A DNA stretch of 64,000 bases from Eledone cirrhosa (taxonomy: Eukaryota), in contig OZ024743.1 of assembly GCA_964016885.1 (NCBI GenBank), positions 117,924,001-117,988,000 of the forward strand, written 5' to 3'. This document shows, piece by piece, positions 13,143 through 26,960 of the stretch. The position numbers and the translations under genes are program-made. The first letter of the stretch is position 1. Every line of letters starts with the position of its first letter. The notes under the pieces were generated by a model that worked only from the letters and a program-made list of their open reading frames with translations, searched no databases and had not been told where the DNA came from.

Positions 13143-13255
13143 ATATATATATATATATATTTCGTTTCTGAATTTGTTTAGCAAGATTCTTTATCTGAAA
13201 ACGTGTGTTGAAACCGATATTGTTATACTTTGGGAGGGTCATGTTGCCAATAAGA

Positions 13256-13346
<91 letters not shown>

Positions 13347-13564
13347 ACACACACACACACAAACAGACAGAGTGTATGCTGTTTTTCTTATGGTTTTAAT
13401 GTTAACTGGCCGTAAAATAATTCACTTAAAAAAACGAAATCACTAAGTCCAATCCCAAGTTTAGGAATACTTTTGTATTACTGATGCAAAAATGATTTTA
13501 TATTTTTGTTTATTTAAATTATGTGTGTCTTAGCAATACTTGTTAATTACTATTATTATTACTT

Positions 13565-13750
13565 CGGTGAATTGGCAGTATCGGTAGAGGTTTGGACGCC
13601 ATGCTTTCTAGCATAGTTACGTCCCTTTACAGTCTGAGTTCAAATCCCGCCGAGGTTAACTTTGCCTTTCATCCTTACGGGGTCGATAAAATAAAGTACC
13701 AGTAATGTACTGGTTAATTGCTGGCCTTGTGCCTAAATTAGAAACAATTA
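13565..13750 (+). mobile_element. tRNA-derived SINE, short variant
   Basis: Full consensus match; nearly identical to 38923-39108. Confidence 0.88.
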
Positions 13751-13963
13751 TTACTTATTTTATATTTGGTCTTCATTTCCGGTCTAAGCAAGTCTGACAA
13801 AAGTGTCAAATGCTTTATCTGCTGTCAGTGTCATACTCTAAACGTTAATGGTTAACAAAGTGGTCATTAGCTGAAAGAGAAATTAACAGTTAGTTTGAAA
13901 CTGCGACAACATATAGATTTCACTTATTATTATTATTGTTATTATTTTAGTATTATTTAGTTT

Positions 13964-14670
13964 GGTGGATTGGCCGTATCGGTAGAGCATGGGAAACCAT
14001 GCTTCGTGGCATAGAGTTACGGCCCTTTATGTTCTGAGTTCATAACCCGCCGAGGTTAGCTTTGCTTTTCATACTTACGGGTTGATAAATAAAACACAAG
14101 TAATGCTCTGGGGTGGATTCAATCAACTTTCCCCACCCTTTCAAATTGCTGCTCTTGTGCCTAAAGTAGAAGCATTTATTCTTATTATGGTTATTTTTGA
14201 AGGCCGTGGATTGGCAGTATCTGTATAACGTCGGACACCATGCTTCGCGGCATAGAGTTACGGCCCTTTATGTTTAAATCCCACCGAGGTTAACTTTGTC
14301 TATCATCCTTACGGGGTCGATAAAATAAAGTACCAGTCACGCATTGAAGTTGATTTAATAGACTTTCCCCTCTCTCCAAATTGCTGGTCTTGTGCCTAAA
14401 GTAGAAACCATTATTATTATTATTAGTAGTAGTAGTAGTAGAAGTAGAAGGGCGGTGGATTGGCAGTGTCGGTAGCGAGCCAGACGCCATGCTTTGCAGC
14501 ATAGAGTTACGGTACTTTATGATCTGAGTTCAAATCCCGCCGAGGTTAACTTTGCCTTTCATCCTTACGGGGTCGATAATATAAAGTACCAGTCACTCAC
14601 TGGGGTCGATTTAATCGACTTTCCCTCTACGCTAAAATTGCTGGCCTTGTGCCTATATAAGAAACAATTA
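13964..14670 (+). mobile_element. Three tandem tRNA-SINE copies, long variant (13964-14178, 14202-14412, 14451-14670)
   Basis: Three consensus matches that include the extra GTCGATTTAATCGAC-type hairpin segment. Confidence 0.87.
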
Positions 14671-15474
14671 GTAGCAGCAGCAGCAGCAGAGCAGCAGTAG
14701 TAGTAGTAGTAGTAGTAGTAGTGTCGTTGCTGGTTGTGGTGGCGGTGTTAGTTATATTGGCGCTGGAAGCCCTGCTACTGATGCTTTTCACTTTTTGTTG
14801 GTCATAGTATTCTTACAGTTATTGATGTTGCTTTTGGAGCCACTTGTTTCAGTAATTTTTCTTGTTTTTCTTGTTGTTTGTTAATGTAATTTTTGTAGAA
14901 TAGTTTAGAAAATTGATGATTAAAATGCCGTATAATTGAATGTTAACTTGTTTTGTGTTTCTTTTGTACATTATTTTTTAACTTTTATTCGTGTTTTGCT
15001 CATTGTGTTTTGCTTTTTAGAGTTTATTTGTTTATTTACTTACTTAATCTATGTAATTCTCTCAGTATGCCAGCGCGTATGTATATGCGTATGCGTGTAT
15101 GTGTCAGTTGAGATTATATATGTGTATATGTGCATGTATGTTTGTATGTGAGTGTGTATGCGTTTATGCGCATGTGCCTGTGTGTGCGTGTACGTTTGTG
15201 TCAGTGTGTGTGTGTGCGTGTGCGTCAGTGTATGTGTACGTGTGTTTCAGTGTGTGTGTGTGTACGTATGTGTCAGTGTGCGTGTGTAGCATACACAACC
15301 CGGTACGAAACATTACATTTCATTAGCTCTAGGACGTATATTGAATAGCAAGTTAAATGTCCATGTTGATAGGCTCACTACGGCACATGCCGCTGCTAAT
15401 GGTTTGTCTCCGTTTTCAATTCACTTACATGACACCGACAGAGATGAAGCGAAATGACCTCAGTGGACGGAATT

Positions 15475-15533
15475 GTTATAATCATCATCATGGTCGTCGG
15501 CGTCGTCGTCGTTATCTTCTTCTTCTTCTTCTT

Positions 15534-15564
<31 letters not shown>

Positions 15565-15760
15565 ATCATCATCATCATCATCATCATCCTCCCCATCATC
15601 ACAATCATCATCATCATCATCATCAGCTTCTTCTTCTTCTTCTTCTTCTTCTTCTTCTTCTTCTTCTTCTTCTTCTTCTTCTTCTTCTTCTTCTTCTTCT
15701 TCTTCTTCTTCTTCTTCGTCATCACCATCATCGTCATCATCATCATCATCATCATCATCA
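15475..15760. repeat. Compound (CAT)n/(CTT)n microsatellite
   Basis: Direct inspection. Confidence 0.95.
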
Positions 15761-16006
15761 GTAGCATTGCGATTACTTTTAATCAACTACAATCCCTTAT
15801 CTAAAACTATGAGACCTATTATTTTACAGCACCATTCAACACGCACCATTTCACCGCCCAGACATTGCAGACTCGTAGAACTACAACAACTTTTGTTAAT
15901 TGCAGGACAGATTAGGCTATAGGAGTGGTCCGTGAGGGGGGGAGGGGGATTGCTCCCCTGCTTTCTTCTAGCCAAGAAATGTAGGCAATATTTTCATTAT
16001 CTAGAA

Positions 16007-16339
16007 CAGGGGCGAGCAGCAGGTGGCCTGTGGGCCACAATCCAGCCCGCCAGATTAGTCAGAGTGGCCTGCGATGATCGTTTTTACTTTTTATCTTGGA
16101 GGGTTATTTAGAATTTTTTTTGTAACCGTAATGCAATTTTCTGTTAGCTGACCTATACTAAAGGGCTTCACTGATAGGGTTATGTGTGTTATAATTTCCT
16201 AGTTCCGTGTTATAGAAAGAAGTGGTGAATCTTTGGAATAGTGTATAATAAATATTAATGACGTAGTTAATAAATATTAATGGTCTAGTTGTTCAATGTT
16301 TAAAAGTGGCCCGCCAATGGAATATGTTGCACACCCCTG
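16007..16339. mobile_element. hAT (Charlie-like) non-autonomous DNA transposon
   Basis: Termini CAGGGG.../...CCCCTG, GTGGCCC-type subterminal motifs, 8-bp TSD atctagaa/atatagaa. Confidence 0.75.
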
Positions 16340-16559
16340 ATATAGAAGCTGTAAGAGACAGGAAAGATATGGCTGGTGGTGAAAGACCACATCAACCCCT
16401 TTCTGCTTCATTTGCAGCAAGTGAGGGGATAGAAGGAGATGATAATTGTTAGTGAATTTGCTGAGAGGAAGGTGAGAGTGACAAATTGGTCCATGGTAAT
16501 AGCCCTCCTTTCAGCATGAGACAGTAGGTCAGATAACACAGTTAGGTGAGGGCTCTAAC

Positions 16560-16752
16560 CATTGTCTGTAAGAGTGAACTGGTGTCTGTGAGGTTTTCTC
16601 CTTGACCACGTCTAGCTCTCCTCCTATTGATAGTTTTCATCTTCTCCTTCATAATGTATTTTTTCAAACATATTTTCTTGTACTCGATTCTGTGTAAAGC
16701 ACAACCATTTTCGTAATTTGACTTTGTAGTGTATCCTCCTCCGTCATCCATA
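16560..16752 (-). CDS. Candidate coding exon of an unidentified gene
   Basis: Acceptor tttctgtacttacag, donor ATG|gttaga; open frame MDDGGGYTTKSNYENGCALHRIEYKKICLKK...QTM. Confidence 0.35.
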
Positions 16753-16807
16753 CTGTAAGTACAGAAACTATTGTTATTACTATTATTATTTATTGACGTC
16801 ATCAGTG

Positions 16808-17020
16808 TGGTGGATTGGCAGAATCGGTAGTACGCTGGACGCTATGCTTTGTGGCATAGTTACCTCCCTTTACGTTCTGAACTCAAATCCCACCGCGGTT
16901 GGTTTTGCCTTTTATCGTTACGGAGTCGATAAAATAAAGCACCAGTAACGCGCGGGGTCGATTTAAAAGACTTTCCCCACCCCTTCAAATTGCTGGCCTT
17001 GTGCCAAATTAGAAATATTT
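16808..17020 (+). mobile_element. tRNA-derived SINE, long variant
   Basis: Consensus match. Confidence 0.85.
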
Positions 17021-17369
17021 ATTTATTATTATTACCCTCAGTTTTATTACTATTTGGTGTGTTGTATCTATTTGTAAGTCATAGGGTTTTGCTATGTATC
17101 TGTCTGTATATTTATCATTCCCAGAACGCTTTATTTTTCAGGATTATTTCTATTTTCATCCTCCACATTCGACTTAGGTCTATGTTTAATTTTTTATATT
17201 TAGATGATTTCTCCATTTCCTTCATAGATATATTGTTCTCTGTGGGGATTGGTACGCTAATTAGAAAGCATTTTTATTCTTTGTGATGTTTTACTACAAT
17301 ATATTGTCGGTTGGATTTGATCCCCCTGTCTGTGTCTATTGACATATCTCAGAGGATGGTTGCTTTATC

Positions 17370-18040
17370 ATACTCTGCCACCGTTTCTAGTGTATGTCAG
17401 TACAACCCATTTCCTGAAATGGGTCGCTAATCTAATCTGAAAGATCGTGTAGAGGTAAGGACGCGTACACTGCTTCCATCGTTAATTACCGCCTGACATT
17501 TGTGTTTAAACCCCCGTTCACGCTTCACCAAATTGGAACGCTTTCTCTTCAACTTCTTGTGGAGGGGATAGGTTCCACTTGTGTGATGGTCCATCTGCTT
17601 CCAACATTCTCTACAGGGAGAGCTAGTTATGCCTTGGCTGATAATGCGCTGAGGCTACGGCATCTTCCGGTATTACTAAACGGAAAACAGCTGTGTTCAC
17701 CGTTTGAGACAGGTCTTACAACAGCTCGTCTCTTTGACTGATCAGCTGTCGTAGGTCAGGTGATGACCGGGACTAGGCGCCTGGCATCGGGGATGTTGTC
17801 AAACACTCAGAGCCCTGTCGGACAATGCGTTCAGTGGAAATTCCACTTTAGCGTTGCATAGAGGACTTTTGGTGGTCACGTGCGACGACGTTCTCGGCAA
17901 AACTCTAGCCGTCGACGAAATCGAACTAACCAGTCTGTTCCGGAAAACTTCCGAACCGGTGACTATGGAAAATTTCCAAAAATCCCTCGCTCGGCAGTGC
18001 TGATGGAGGGCACTGCCAGTTCGAGACAAACTCAAAAGCT
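17370..18040 (+). mobile_element. Old Tx1 ORF2 relic (post-RT region)
   Basis: Recognisable similarity to 9930-10580 (e.g. tgcgctgaggctacggcatct, ggaaattccactttagcgtt, gccagttcgagacaaactc). Confidence 0.8.
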
Positions 18041-18641
18041 TCAAAGCAAAGTGTGTGAACTGAAAAGAAAGGGAAAATCAAAAGGAATGCATCACCGTCT
18101 GTCATTCGTTATCTTCCTCCCAAAGTTTCTACATCTCATTGTCATTTTTCTTAATTTACATGCTGGATTTATAATCATTTCTTCCTATTCTTCTATCTCT
18201 CTCCTTTCTATATATTTTCTTCTTTGACTAAACATTTGCGCACTCATTTCCATCGTTGTCGCATATTGTTCGACATAAATGTTGAACATTTAATTATATA
18301 TATCTTTTGACCTCGCAATGTAATTTCACATATGGTTATATGCATATAAAATGTTTTATCTATTGGTTGGGCGATTTTTGGCTTTAGAATAAAGGCTACT
18401 AAACTAATGTTTTGAAAAAGTAGTATAAATTTATTGCTCGTATATTAAATACAAAAATATTTGTATTCTTTAAAAAGCTCTTGCTACCTGAGTATCTGAA
18501 TTTGCAGCTTCACAAGACTGTAGGTTATGTCATCATTTGAATTTGTGAGACCAATCTCTGCCTGCTGTGAATGCTTCTCAATTATCTCATCTTTCTTGAA
18601 AATACATAAAGGTGCCCTTTGGTCTTGTATTATATATCAGC

Positions 18642-18860
18642 TGATGGTGGCAAATTAGCAAAATCGTTAGGTGATCGGATAAAATGCATTGCATAATATC
18701 GTTACGGGCTTGTTTCTACCTTTTAATTTGAAATTTGCCGTGGTGAACGTCGCTTTCATCCTTTCGGGGATGATAAAATAAAGTACCAATAAAGTACTGT
18801 TGTTGATATAATCGACTGCCCTTTCGAGAAAAGTTGCCTTTATTCTTAGATAAGAAACCC
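18642..18860 (+). mobile_element. Degenerate tRNA-SINE
   Basis: ctttcatcctttcggggatgataaaataagtacc core. Confidence 0.65.
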
Positions 18861-18908
18861 CTATAATTTCGCTTCATCGTGTGCTGCGATTTGTTTGGTC
18901 GCACCCAC

Positions 18909-19133
18909 CCCGCTACAGCAAGAATAGTATCTATTTTTTCTTTGATTGTAGCCCCTTCTCCTAAATAATAGTGAGTGGGATCATTAACGCAGAAACATTT
19001 ATTTGGACCACATTCATTTTTCTGATTCACACATGGCCAGGTTAAAAAACATTCACACATAAGTTTGAAGTTAGTCTCAGAACTTGCAGCTTTGCATCCA
19101 GTGTGATGATTTTCCAGCACAGTAGTTGATATA
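18909..19133 (-). CDS. Candidate Cys-rich coding exon (225 nt, phase 2-2)
   Basis: Acceptor aaattctag, donor GG|gtgggt; open frame ISTTVLENHHTGCKAASSETNFKLMCECFLTWPCVNQKNECGPNKCFCVNDPTHYYLGEG... Confidence 0.38.
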
Positions 19134-19380
19134 CTAGAATTTAGAGTTGAGGAAGGTTTTCCACTATTGGTAGATAAACAATTGTTTGAATAATTCAGGT
19201 ATATTCGAGAGTGTGAATTACAGTTTCATATCTGTTAATATATCACTGTAATAATGTAGTTATCCTACTTAAGACAGTCTCCAAGAATGAGAGAAAGCAC
19301 AAAACTGCAATTTCTCTCTACCTCTCTCTCTCTCTTTCACACACACTCTCTCACTCTGTCTCTCTCTATCTATCTATCTA

Positions 19381-19451
<71 letters not shown>

Positions 19452-20353
19452 TTCTCTCTCCTCCTTCTCTCTCTTTCAGTAAACAAATTACCTAGTGGTA
19501 GCAGCACTCGAGAAATATACAAATGACATATTTAATAAGTACACAGTAACTTTTATATCACGTACATAATTTCATATTTTAGCACATATTTCGTCATTTA
19601 TATTAAATATAATTGTCATATATTTATTATCATGATAGCGTAACCAATTGGCTTGATGTGAGACACCAAAACATTCGCACTTAGACCAACTGAAAGAAAT
19701 ACACAAAAACACAAAGTATGTATGTGTGTGTGTGTGTGTGTGCGTGTGTCAGGCTACCAGTTATACACAATTTTATAGTGTTATGTAACCGTGAGAGTCC
19801 GCCTCAATTTAGTGAAGAACAAAAACATGAATTAAATTCAAAAGTTTGTCAAAGCTAGATCTTCGGCGCCGTTGAAGAAATATCACCGTTTAGGAGACAA
19901 CGTTCTCTGTATGAGTCGACTAAAATGAAAGATGAACCTTCCTCATCATGGCATCCATTTGTTTAATTATTTATTTATTTATTCATTTCTTCCTCCTTTC
20001 CTCCCTTCCTTCCTCCTTTCCTCCCTTCCTTCCTTACTACCGTCCTTCTTTCCTTCCTTTATATATTTAGTTTTCATTTCATTTCATTTAGATAATTATC
20101 ATTCATAATTCATTATTTATTATTCTGCTTTTCTTCTCATTTATGTCATTTTATCATTTAATTATGTATATATAATTACTTATTTTTATTTTTGTTTCAT
20201 ATTTGTAAATTCTTAATACTGGCTTCTTTTAATTGAAAGTAAAAATCATCGCGTACTCATGTACACGAATGTATGTATGTTTGCATGTAGATATATGTGG
20301 GTGCACCTACTTACATACATACAAGCATGCATACACACACATATGTATATATC

Positions 20354-20439
<86 letters not shown>

Positions 20440-21389
20440 TAAATTCACACACGCACTCCCACTCTACATATATACGCGCGCACATCACCCACAAAAGCAC
20501 AGACTTACATGAATGCCTACGTATGTAATTATGTTACGTGCATAGATGTAAAACGTTTTCTAAGTGGAATATTAAATGTATCTTAGACTTGATTTAAATA
20601 AACATGACATTGATAAGGAAGCGATGAGAAAAGGAATGTTGAAATATGACATATATACAATCGCTCCATACACAACTACAGACATATACCATGCACACAT
20701 ACATAACGAAATATAAACACATAAACACACAAACACATACATAAAAAATATTGGCACTTGAACGACAAGGCAGCCTTTATGCTGTCGCTCGAACGGTTAG
20801 AAAAAGAAACAAGAGTTTCCCAAAGCGTCATCTTAAAATTAATTTTACACTGGATAATATAGGCATAGTTATACCAAAAGACGTGTTGGTGAGAATTGGA
20901 ACTTCTTTGGTCATAGATCTGTGTTTCAGTCAGACCTGACATCGGGCTAAGCAACAAAAACAAACCTACACACCAATGCATATAAATCCCTCGTCACCAG
21001 AAACACTCAGAAGACCACACATATGCAAATAGGCAAGAAATTATTCAAAATATACACATGTAGACATCGATATTCACATATACTCAAATATAAAAACCCA
21101 ACACTGGCTAAATTACATATACAGTTGCATATATGCTTACGGCTAATTGATTTACTTGCTGTTCATTTAATTCGATGCTGACAAAATTCTACAATTTTGA
21201 GAAATTTGATGACAATTCTCTTTAAGGTGCAGCAGCTGCAACAGCGGGCGTAACCTTGCCAATGACTGGAGCATGCTGCATCTATTCTGTACCTATCAAA
21301 AAATGAGGGAAATTTGCATGTAGTGGTATTTCATCATCGCATATTTTGAACGCTGCACCATCAATTACCAACCCTGAGATATATCATTA

Positions 21390-22010
21390 TCGGATTAGTA
21401 GTGTCGTTAGAGCGTCAGATACCATACTATGTGATATAGAGTTACCGCCTTTTCCTTCTAATTTTACCTTTCAAATCCCGTCGAGGCTAGCTTTGCCTTT
21501 CAACATTACGGCTTCGATAAAACAAAGTCCCTGTAACGTGCTGGGGTCGACTTAATCGACTTTCTCCTCACCCAAACTTGTTGGTCATGTGTCTATATAG
21601 GAAATCCTTATTAAGCGCGCCAGGTCGGCAGTATCGGTAGATTGTCGGACAACATGCTTTGTGGCATATAGGTACAGCCCTTTACATTCTGAGTTCAAAT
21701 CCCGTTGAGGTTAGCTTTTTCTTTCATCCTTACGCGGTCTATAAAATAAAGCACCAGTAATACACTGGGGTCGATTTAAAAGATTTTCCCTTCTCCTAAA
21801 ATTACTGGCCTTTTGCCTATAGTAGACATTATTGGCAGTATCTATGGAGCGTCATATATCATGCTTTGCAGCATAGAGTTATAGCCCTTTACGATCTGAA
21901 TTCAAATCCCGCCGAGGTTAATTTGCCTTTCATCCTTACGGGGTCGATAAAATAAAGCACCAGTAATACACTGGGGTAATTGCTGGCCTTGTGCCAAAAG
22001 ACGAAACTGA
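21390..22010 (+). mobile_element. Three tandem tRNA-SINE copies
   Basis: Consensus matches at ~21390-21612, 21620-21832 and 21833-22010. Confidence 0.8.
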
Positions 22011-22099
22011 TTATAATTGTTACTATCAATATTATTTTTTACATTTTCTCTATCCTAGCTATGTATTCAATTTTTCGCATTCAGGTTGGATATTAAAAT

Positions 22100-22440
22100 C
22101 ATTTTTATTCGTTTTAAATATATTTCTTTGGTATTTTCTTTCTCTGTGTATCATCCAGTTTTAAAATTGATAAATACATGTATCAACAATCAACATGTTT
22201 TCCATGGTTTCTCCATGTAATCGATGCAGACTGCATTTACCCCCTCTTTTCATATAGAGCACACAACATTTGGAAATCCCAAATTCCATACGATATCACT
22301 GCTACATATCTGGACTGTGTTAACCAAAAACATATATGGTTTTCCCACTTCCCAAACAGTTTCATGTCATCCATAAACAGAGGGTGGTTTATGAATGCTC
22401 CTCAATTTCCACATTGGTAACCCATTTTAACTAACAGTGT
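22100..22440 (-). mobile_element. R4/Dong-like LINE reverse transcriptase relic
   Basis: Minus-strand translation INHPLFMDDMKLFGK resembles the HLLFMDDLKL motif of RLE-type LINEs. Confidence 0.65.
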
Positions 22441-22504
22441 TATACATATAAAGTTATAAGTATAAATTCCATGACAAATATTATTATTTTCTTCTTTGAA
22501 CGAT

Positions 22505-22622
22505 ATGTGTTCAAATCCCGCCGAGGTTAACATTGCCTTTCATACTTACGGGGTCGATAAAATAAAGTACCAGTAATGCATGGGCTAAAATCTGGCCTTG
22601 TGCCAAAAGTAGAAACAATTAT
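22505..22622 (+). mobile_element. 5'-truncated tRNA-SINE
   Basis: B-box through 3' tail of the consensus. Confidence 0.82.
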
Positions 22623-22699
22623 TTTCTTCTCCTTATAGCCATTCGTATCATGGTTGTGGTACTGTACAAGGAATATGATGTTACTTTGAGAACCATACT

Positions 22700-23180
22700 G
22701 TCGTTTCCTGTTATTTTATTGGTGAATATTTCCTGTCATTATTTGACTAACCCAATTATTCCGATCACTACGGATATGGTTCGGATGGCCATGTCCCACA
22801 TTCTGGAGATCTGAATCTCAAGGGATTTATATGTTGATCTTTTTTTCTGTAAACTCAACTGATGAGTTACGGTCTGCTGGTATTGACATATCAATCAACG
22901 CACAAGTTTATTTTTGTGTTTTTAATTATGTCTAGCTGTTTCATTTGATTTCCTTATCTATTTGCAATGACATGTCCTATAGTATGGCAACGTTACCATT
23001 CTTGGCGACTGCTTCTAGTTTGTGGTCATATCATTTTTCATTTAGTTTACTGTTGTATTCCCTTCGTATTTACCAGTGTAGGTATGTTGCGGTCTTTTGG
23101 CGGGAGATTTATTCGCATTTTGTTGATATCGGTAAGTCGGAGATAATAATGTGCTCAATCGTTTTCTAAGAGTTCCTACA
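22700..23180 (-). mobile_element. R4/Dong-like restriction-like endonuclease (RLE) relic
   Basis: Minus-strand fragments EHIISD..., YLHW, CALIDMSIPADRN, EIQISRMW..VVIGIIG. Confidence 0.65.
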
Positions 23181-23228
23181 TATCCTAACCATATTTTACT
23201 CAATCAATGTCGTGTAAATCCTCCTCAC

Positions 23229-23461
23229 CTTATATAAACTATCATTTTCACGCCCTCTTCATTCGATATCCTAATGGAAAATAAAAGATGTCACTATTAT
23301 GATTGTTACAAACTGATGCTACTTGAATATTTACCTCATCTGATTTTAAACAGTTAGTATTTGAAAATCCCGCAATAAATCTCCATTGAAGGGACAGCAA
23401 GTGTTCACTAACTCGGCTCCATTCAACATTGCAAAAAGCTGCAATAGGATTATACATTTCT
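23229..23461 (-). other. Two candidate exons (23335-23461, 23229-23270) around a 64-nt GT-AG intron
   Basis: atatttcag| ... GAG|gtaaat ... ttttccattag| ... AAG|gtgagg. Confidence 0.3.
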
Positions 23462-24767
23462 CTGAAATATATTTTCTATCATAAATTAAAATGTCTGTGA
23501 GTATATAAATTCACATATGCTTTTAAATGAATTTCCATTACGTTCCATCCAGCGTTTTGTTTCAGCGTTCTCTGCAAGAGAATATTTAATAAATTAACTC
23601 AAGGGAAGTGTATATGTCTTTGAAGGGGAGAATAGTTTACACAAGATAGTTTACACAAAATATTTATATTGGCTCAGAATGTAGTGGTGTGTTCAGGGAA
23701 ACGTATCTAACTTAACGCTATTAACAACAAATATCTACCTTGATTTCGTGTTTTAAAAATACGATATGTAAGACCGTAAAATATCACATACTTTTGAATA
23801 TGAATAATGACAATATTACATGTTTTGCTCTGGTATTGATGAATATGTAACGCATTTTCTATCAGTGCATTGTCAACCGATCAAATTTCGATCATATTTT
23901 GGTGTGCTTAATTTCTTAATGCTTAGAGTCTTCCGTCGTTTTAATAATAGGAGCAATGATTAAATCCACATATATATATATATATATATCGAGAGAGAGA
24001 GATTATGAAAATCGTGAACGCTGTGGAACCGCCTCCGACTACAGGGGTATTTTTACCATATTTTCTACAATTGTTGTTTTAACAGCTATTCCCCTGCGTT
24101 CAAGATGTTCTTCATTTCGAACCTATTTCAGATTACCTGACGCTTCAATGTTAATCTCCAAAAGTGTTTTAATATATATAATTTACAAAGAGAGCTAGGT
24201 AAAATCCCAACTGTGAAACCAAGCGGTTTTGGCTAGTGTGTTCAGGAAGCCTATCAAGGATGTATCCTATACTCACTCTGCAAATCCCAATGCATTAAAT
24301 ACTTCCATGATTAGTGATCTCCCCGGTTGCAGCACCACAGACTCTCTCTCTCTATATATATATATATACATAAGTCGCATCAGTTTGAATTTCACCATGG
24401 TCTCCAATCTTCGTTATAGCACAGACATGCTATAGGATAATTGATTCTGAAGAAGAAAGAATAATGAGCATTCCCACTATAGAGAAAACATGCGTTCAGT
24501 CAAACAGTCAACCACAGATTACGAATCAGAGAGATAAATAACTAGATAAATAAATAAATAAATAAATAAATAAATACATGGATCGTGCTTCCTTAAAGAT
24601 AGAGAAAGCAATAAAATGCAAGAAATGTATTTTAGATTTTCAACAGAAATAAAATAAGAATGGAGGGTAAAGAGTATATATCAAAACAGAAATAGTAACT
24701 TTACAATCAAGCGAATAGAAGCTGACATACGTATATATGTATGTTTGTATGTATAAACATATATATA

Positions 24768-24852
<85 letters not shown>

Positions 24853-24983
24853 CGTGGGAGTGGAGGTGTGTGCGTGTTTCTTTGGTTCGTTCAGAAGATC
24901 AGGTAAGATGAAATGACACACGTGTGCGTCAATATATCCCAGCATGCACATTGTTGTAAACATACACACACTACCAACTATTA

Positions 24984-24994
24984 TTATATATATT

Positions 24995-25045
<51 letters not shown>

Positions 25046-25102
25046 TATATATATATATTTATATATGTATACAATATATATATATATAAATATATATATA
25101 CA

Positions 25103-25155
<53 letters not shown>

Positions 25156-25181
25156 ATATATATATATATTTATATATGTAT

Positions 25182-25212
<31 letters not shown>

Positions 25213-25268
25213 TGTATATATATATATGTGTACTTTATATATATACAATATATATATATATATATACA

Positions 25269-25313
<45 letters not shown>

Positions 25314-25368
25314 GTATATATATATATGTGTACTTTATATATATACAATATATATATATATATATACA

Positions 25369-25436
<68 letters not shown>

Positions 25437-25485
25437 TGTATATATATATATATATTGTATACATATATAAATATATATATATATT

Positions 25486-25540
<55 letters not shown>

Positions 25541-25817
25541 ATATATACAATATATATATATACAATATATATATATATACGATATATATATATACAATAT
25601 ATATATATATATATAAAATATATATATACAATATATATATATATAAAATATATATATACAATATATATATATACAATATATATATACAATATATATATAT
25701 ACATATATATATATAATTACATACTATATATATATATAATTATATACTATATATATATATATATATATAAATACATATATATACAATGTATATATACACA
25801 TATATATAATTACATGC

Positions 25818-25882
<65 letters not shown>

Positions 25883-25930
25883 TTATTTATATATATATAT
25901 ATATATACACATATATATAATTACATGCAA

Positions 25931-25986
<56 letters not shown>

Positions 25987-26084
25987 CATATATATATATA
26001 CACATATATATATAATTACATGATATATATATATATATCCGTACATATATATAATTACATGCTATATATATATATAGAATCATA

Positions 26085-26122
<38 letters not shown>
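24984..26122. repeat. ~1.1 kb complex (TA)n-derived satellite with higher-order subunits
   Basis: Recurrent TACAATATATA and TAATTACATGC units; ~100 bp block duplicated near 25210 and 25310. Confidence 0.95.
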
Positions 26123-26124
<2 letters not shown>

Positions 26125-26497
26125 CTCCAGTCTTGTTCTTTTCCCCATGTGATATAAGTGAGGATTGAAAATGTATGTGCATTATTCAAGCACTTCTCTT
26201 TTTTTTTTCTGAAGTTCATTCTTCAAAGAATTCTCTCCTTCTTTTCCTAATCGTACACATTACAACGACTGCGCAGCATAAGACATCTTATAATAATAAT
26301 AACTACCAGATAAAATATTGCATACCTTATGAAAGAGATTTATGCACATGGGTGTATAATAATATGCACATGAATATATATGTATATGGGAAAATATTCA
26401 TACACATGTGTATAAAAACATACGTTTGGAAATAATTCTGTGAATGTATTTTAGCCCGTATATATACACACATATATATATATATAAGGGCTAAAAT

Positions 26498-26567
<70 letters not shown>

Positions 26568-26610
26568 GCACATATACACGCACACAAACACATAGACGCA
26601 CATATATATA

Positions 26611-26653
<43 letters not shown>

Positions 26654-26911
26654 CTATGCAAACATACATATATGAAAAGCTCTTTATATATACATATAAG
26701 CACAGTAATGTGTGTGTACATGAGTACTATATATTACGGTTGTTAATATGCAATGATAGATATAAGGGTAGTATAACGATAGGGATTATCTATACGTTTT
26801 ATACATTTTATGCAGATGCCTACACACAAAGTATGCATATTAATAACAGAAAAGTACATAGAACATATCTCCCTCTCTTTCTCTTTCCTTCTCTCTTTCC
26901 CTCTTTGTAAC

Positions 26912-26960
<49 letters not shown>

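Noticed and set aside
13190-13230. CTGAAAA-cgtgtgtt-GAAAC..GTT between (TA)n tracts
   Set aside because: Core G8 is missing and the stems are marginal.
13565-13660. tRNA gene-like A/B boxes
   Set aside because: SINE heads with no cloverleaf, always followed by the SINE body.
13964-14670. CRISPR-like regular repeats
   Set aside because: ~210-bp eukaryotic SINE units with no spacer architecture and no cas genes.
23229-23270. In-frame TGA (DIE*RGRE) as possible selenocysteine
   Set aside because: No SECIS seen, no selenoprotein motif, and an alternative open frame exists.
24640-26700. Many long [16 protein letters not shown] ORFs here and throughout the window
   Set aside because: They are translations of dinucleotide microsatellites, not genes.
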